A stretch of DNA of 64,000 nucleotides, taken from contig CM030332.1 of assembly GCA_017654855.1 (NCBI GenBank), positions 1,984,001 through 2,048,000 of the forward strand. Direction: 5' to 3'. Below the pieces are notes generated by a model. That model was not told the origin of the DNA, searched no databases, and was given only the letters and a program-made list of their open reading frames with translations. The translations under genes were made by a program, and so were the position numbers. This stretch comes from Podospora anserina (Eukaryota). Positions 63,173 through 64,000 of the stretch are shown one piece after another; within the stretch, counting starts at the first letter, position 1; the number at the start of each line of letters is the position of its first letter.

Positions 63173-64000
63173 ATGGACGCGTCCAGCAGTTTTTCCGACT
63201 CCTCCATCATCCGGAGAGAGGCTCCTCCAGCTATCGTCAGGAGCAGCAACTTTACCCCCCGCCGGCCTACCACTCCCACCCTGGACAGCTCCCCTGACGC
63301 CTCCAACACCTCTCTTGGTCTCTCCAGCGCCGCTTACTCTGCCACCTATGACGCCTCGTTGGCTCCGTCTCCCTTTGCCGCTCCCTCCTACTTTGAAGCT
63401 GAGGAGTTCCAACATCATGTCGTCTGTGCTGTAGCCGAATCTCGCTCAGCCGGCGTTATCGGCCTCGCCACGATCAATTTGAACCTAGCCAGCTCCCAGA
63501 TTATCACCATTGCCAATGAAAGCAACTATACGACTCTCAAGCAGACTCTCTCTGCTATGCAGCACAAGCCGACCACATTCATCACTCTGCCCCGTATCAC
63601 TGCGGACCGTGCCTCTTCCAGACTGGCCGAGGTCTTGGAAGACGAAATTGGGTGGCCTACTTACACCACCACGATGCCCAGAGGATGTTGGGACAAAGCT
63701 CTTGGAATCATCAACATTGAGTACTACGCCTATAGCGACCAGATTGTCCCTCTCAAAGTCATACTGTCATCCAACAACTTCTACGCCGCCTGCGCCTTCG
63801 CGGCCGTACGTATATCATATCCTAATCACTTGGTTGACTGTCATGCTAATGAAATCTAGGTCGTCTCCTACATCGAGAGCTACCATGGCCTCGCAATCCG
63901 AGCAGGCGCACTCAACATCGAGTACGTCGAGCCCTCCGGAGTCATGCGGATGGACAAAGCAGCCATCCAAGCATTAGAACTCCTCCGCAACGGGCGCCAA
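63173..64000 (+). CDS. MSH4: MutS-family meiotic protein MSH4-like, 5' part; runs off the right edge
   Basis: S/P/T-rich leader followed by HVVCAVAESRS..VIGLATIN, FYAACAFAA|VVSYIE, LNIEY, MRMDKAAIQALELLRN (MutS connector/lever onset). Intron 63806-63859. The ATPase domain is outside the window. Confidence 0.75.

Noticed and set aside
1-64000. tRNA, 5S rRNA, telomerase template, CRISPR array, HET-s-type amyloid motif, Starship captain or LTR/TIR elements
   Set aside because: None was recognised by manual scanning; tRNAscan-SE, Infernal and repeat-library searches would be needed to exclude them formally.

Overview
Intron-containing genomic DNA from a filamentous ascomycete. The evidence is GT(A/G)(A/C)GT donors, CTAAC/CTGAC branch sites, YAG acceptors and a clear CDT-1 ortholog; a Sordariales/Podospora-like origin is inferred, not proven. 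The left end (1-11.3 kb) is accessory-like: the 5' part of a HET-domain gene, a truncated CYP52-like P450 pseudogene, a full-length NB-ARC/TPR NLR pseudogene with RIP-type nonsense codons, and spliced orphan micro-genes. The middle holds cdt-1, an ECHDC3-like crotonase, a LAT/Mup-type amino-acid permease, two small MC...CxxC proteins, homocysteine S-methyltransferase, a secreted DUF1996 protein and a hydantoinase/oxoprolinase-DUF917 fusion. The right half is mostly housekeeping: VCX1/CAX, a CYSTM peptide, an RS-rich protein, RSA4, TPS3/TSL1, a BCAT-like aminotransferase, a HAK K+ transporter, an ADC-fold protein and the 5' part of MSH4. No tRNA, rRNA, CRISPR array or intact transposon was recognised. 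Best leads are the decaying HET/NLR immune locus, a possible loose S-methyl-sulfur salvage neighbourhood, a PxIxIT micro-protein, paired MC...CxxC micro-proteins and a C-to-T hypermutated antisense relic at the MSH4 5' end. All family calls come from manual motif recognition; no database search was run.
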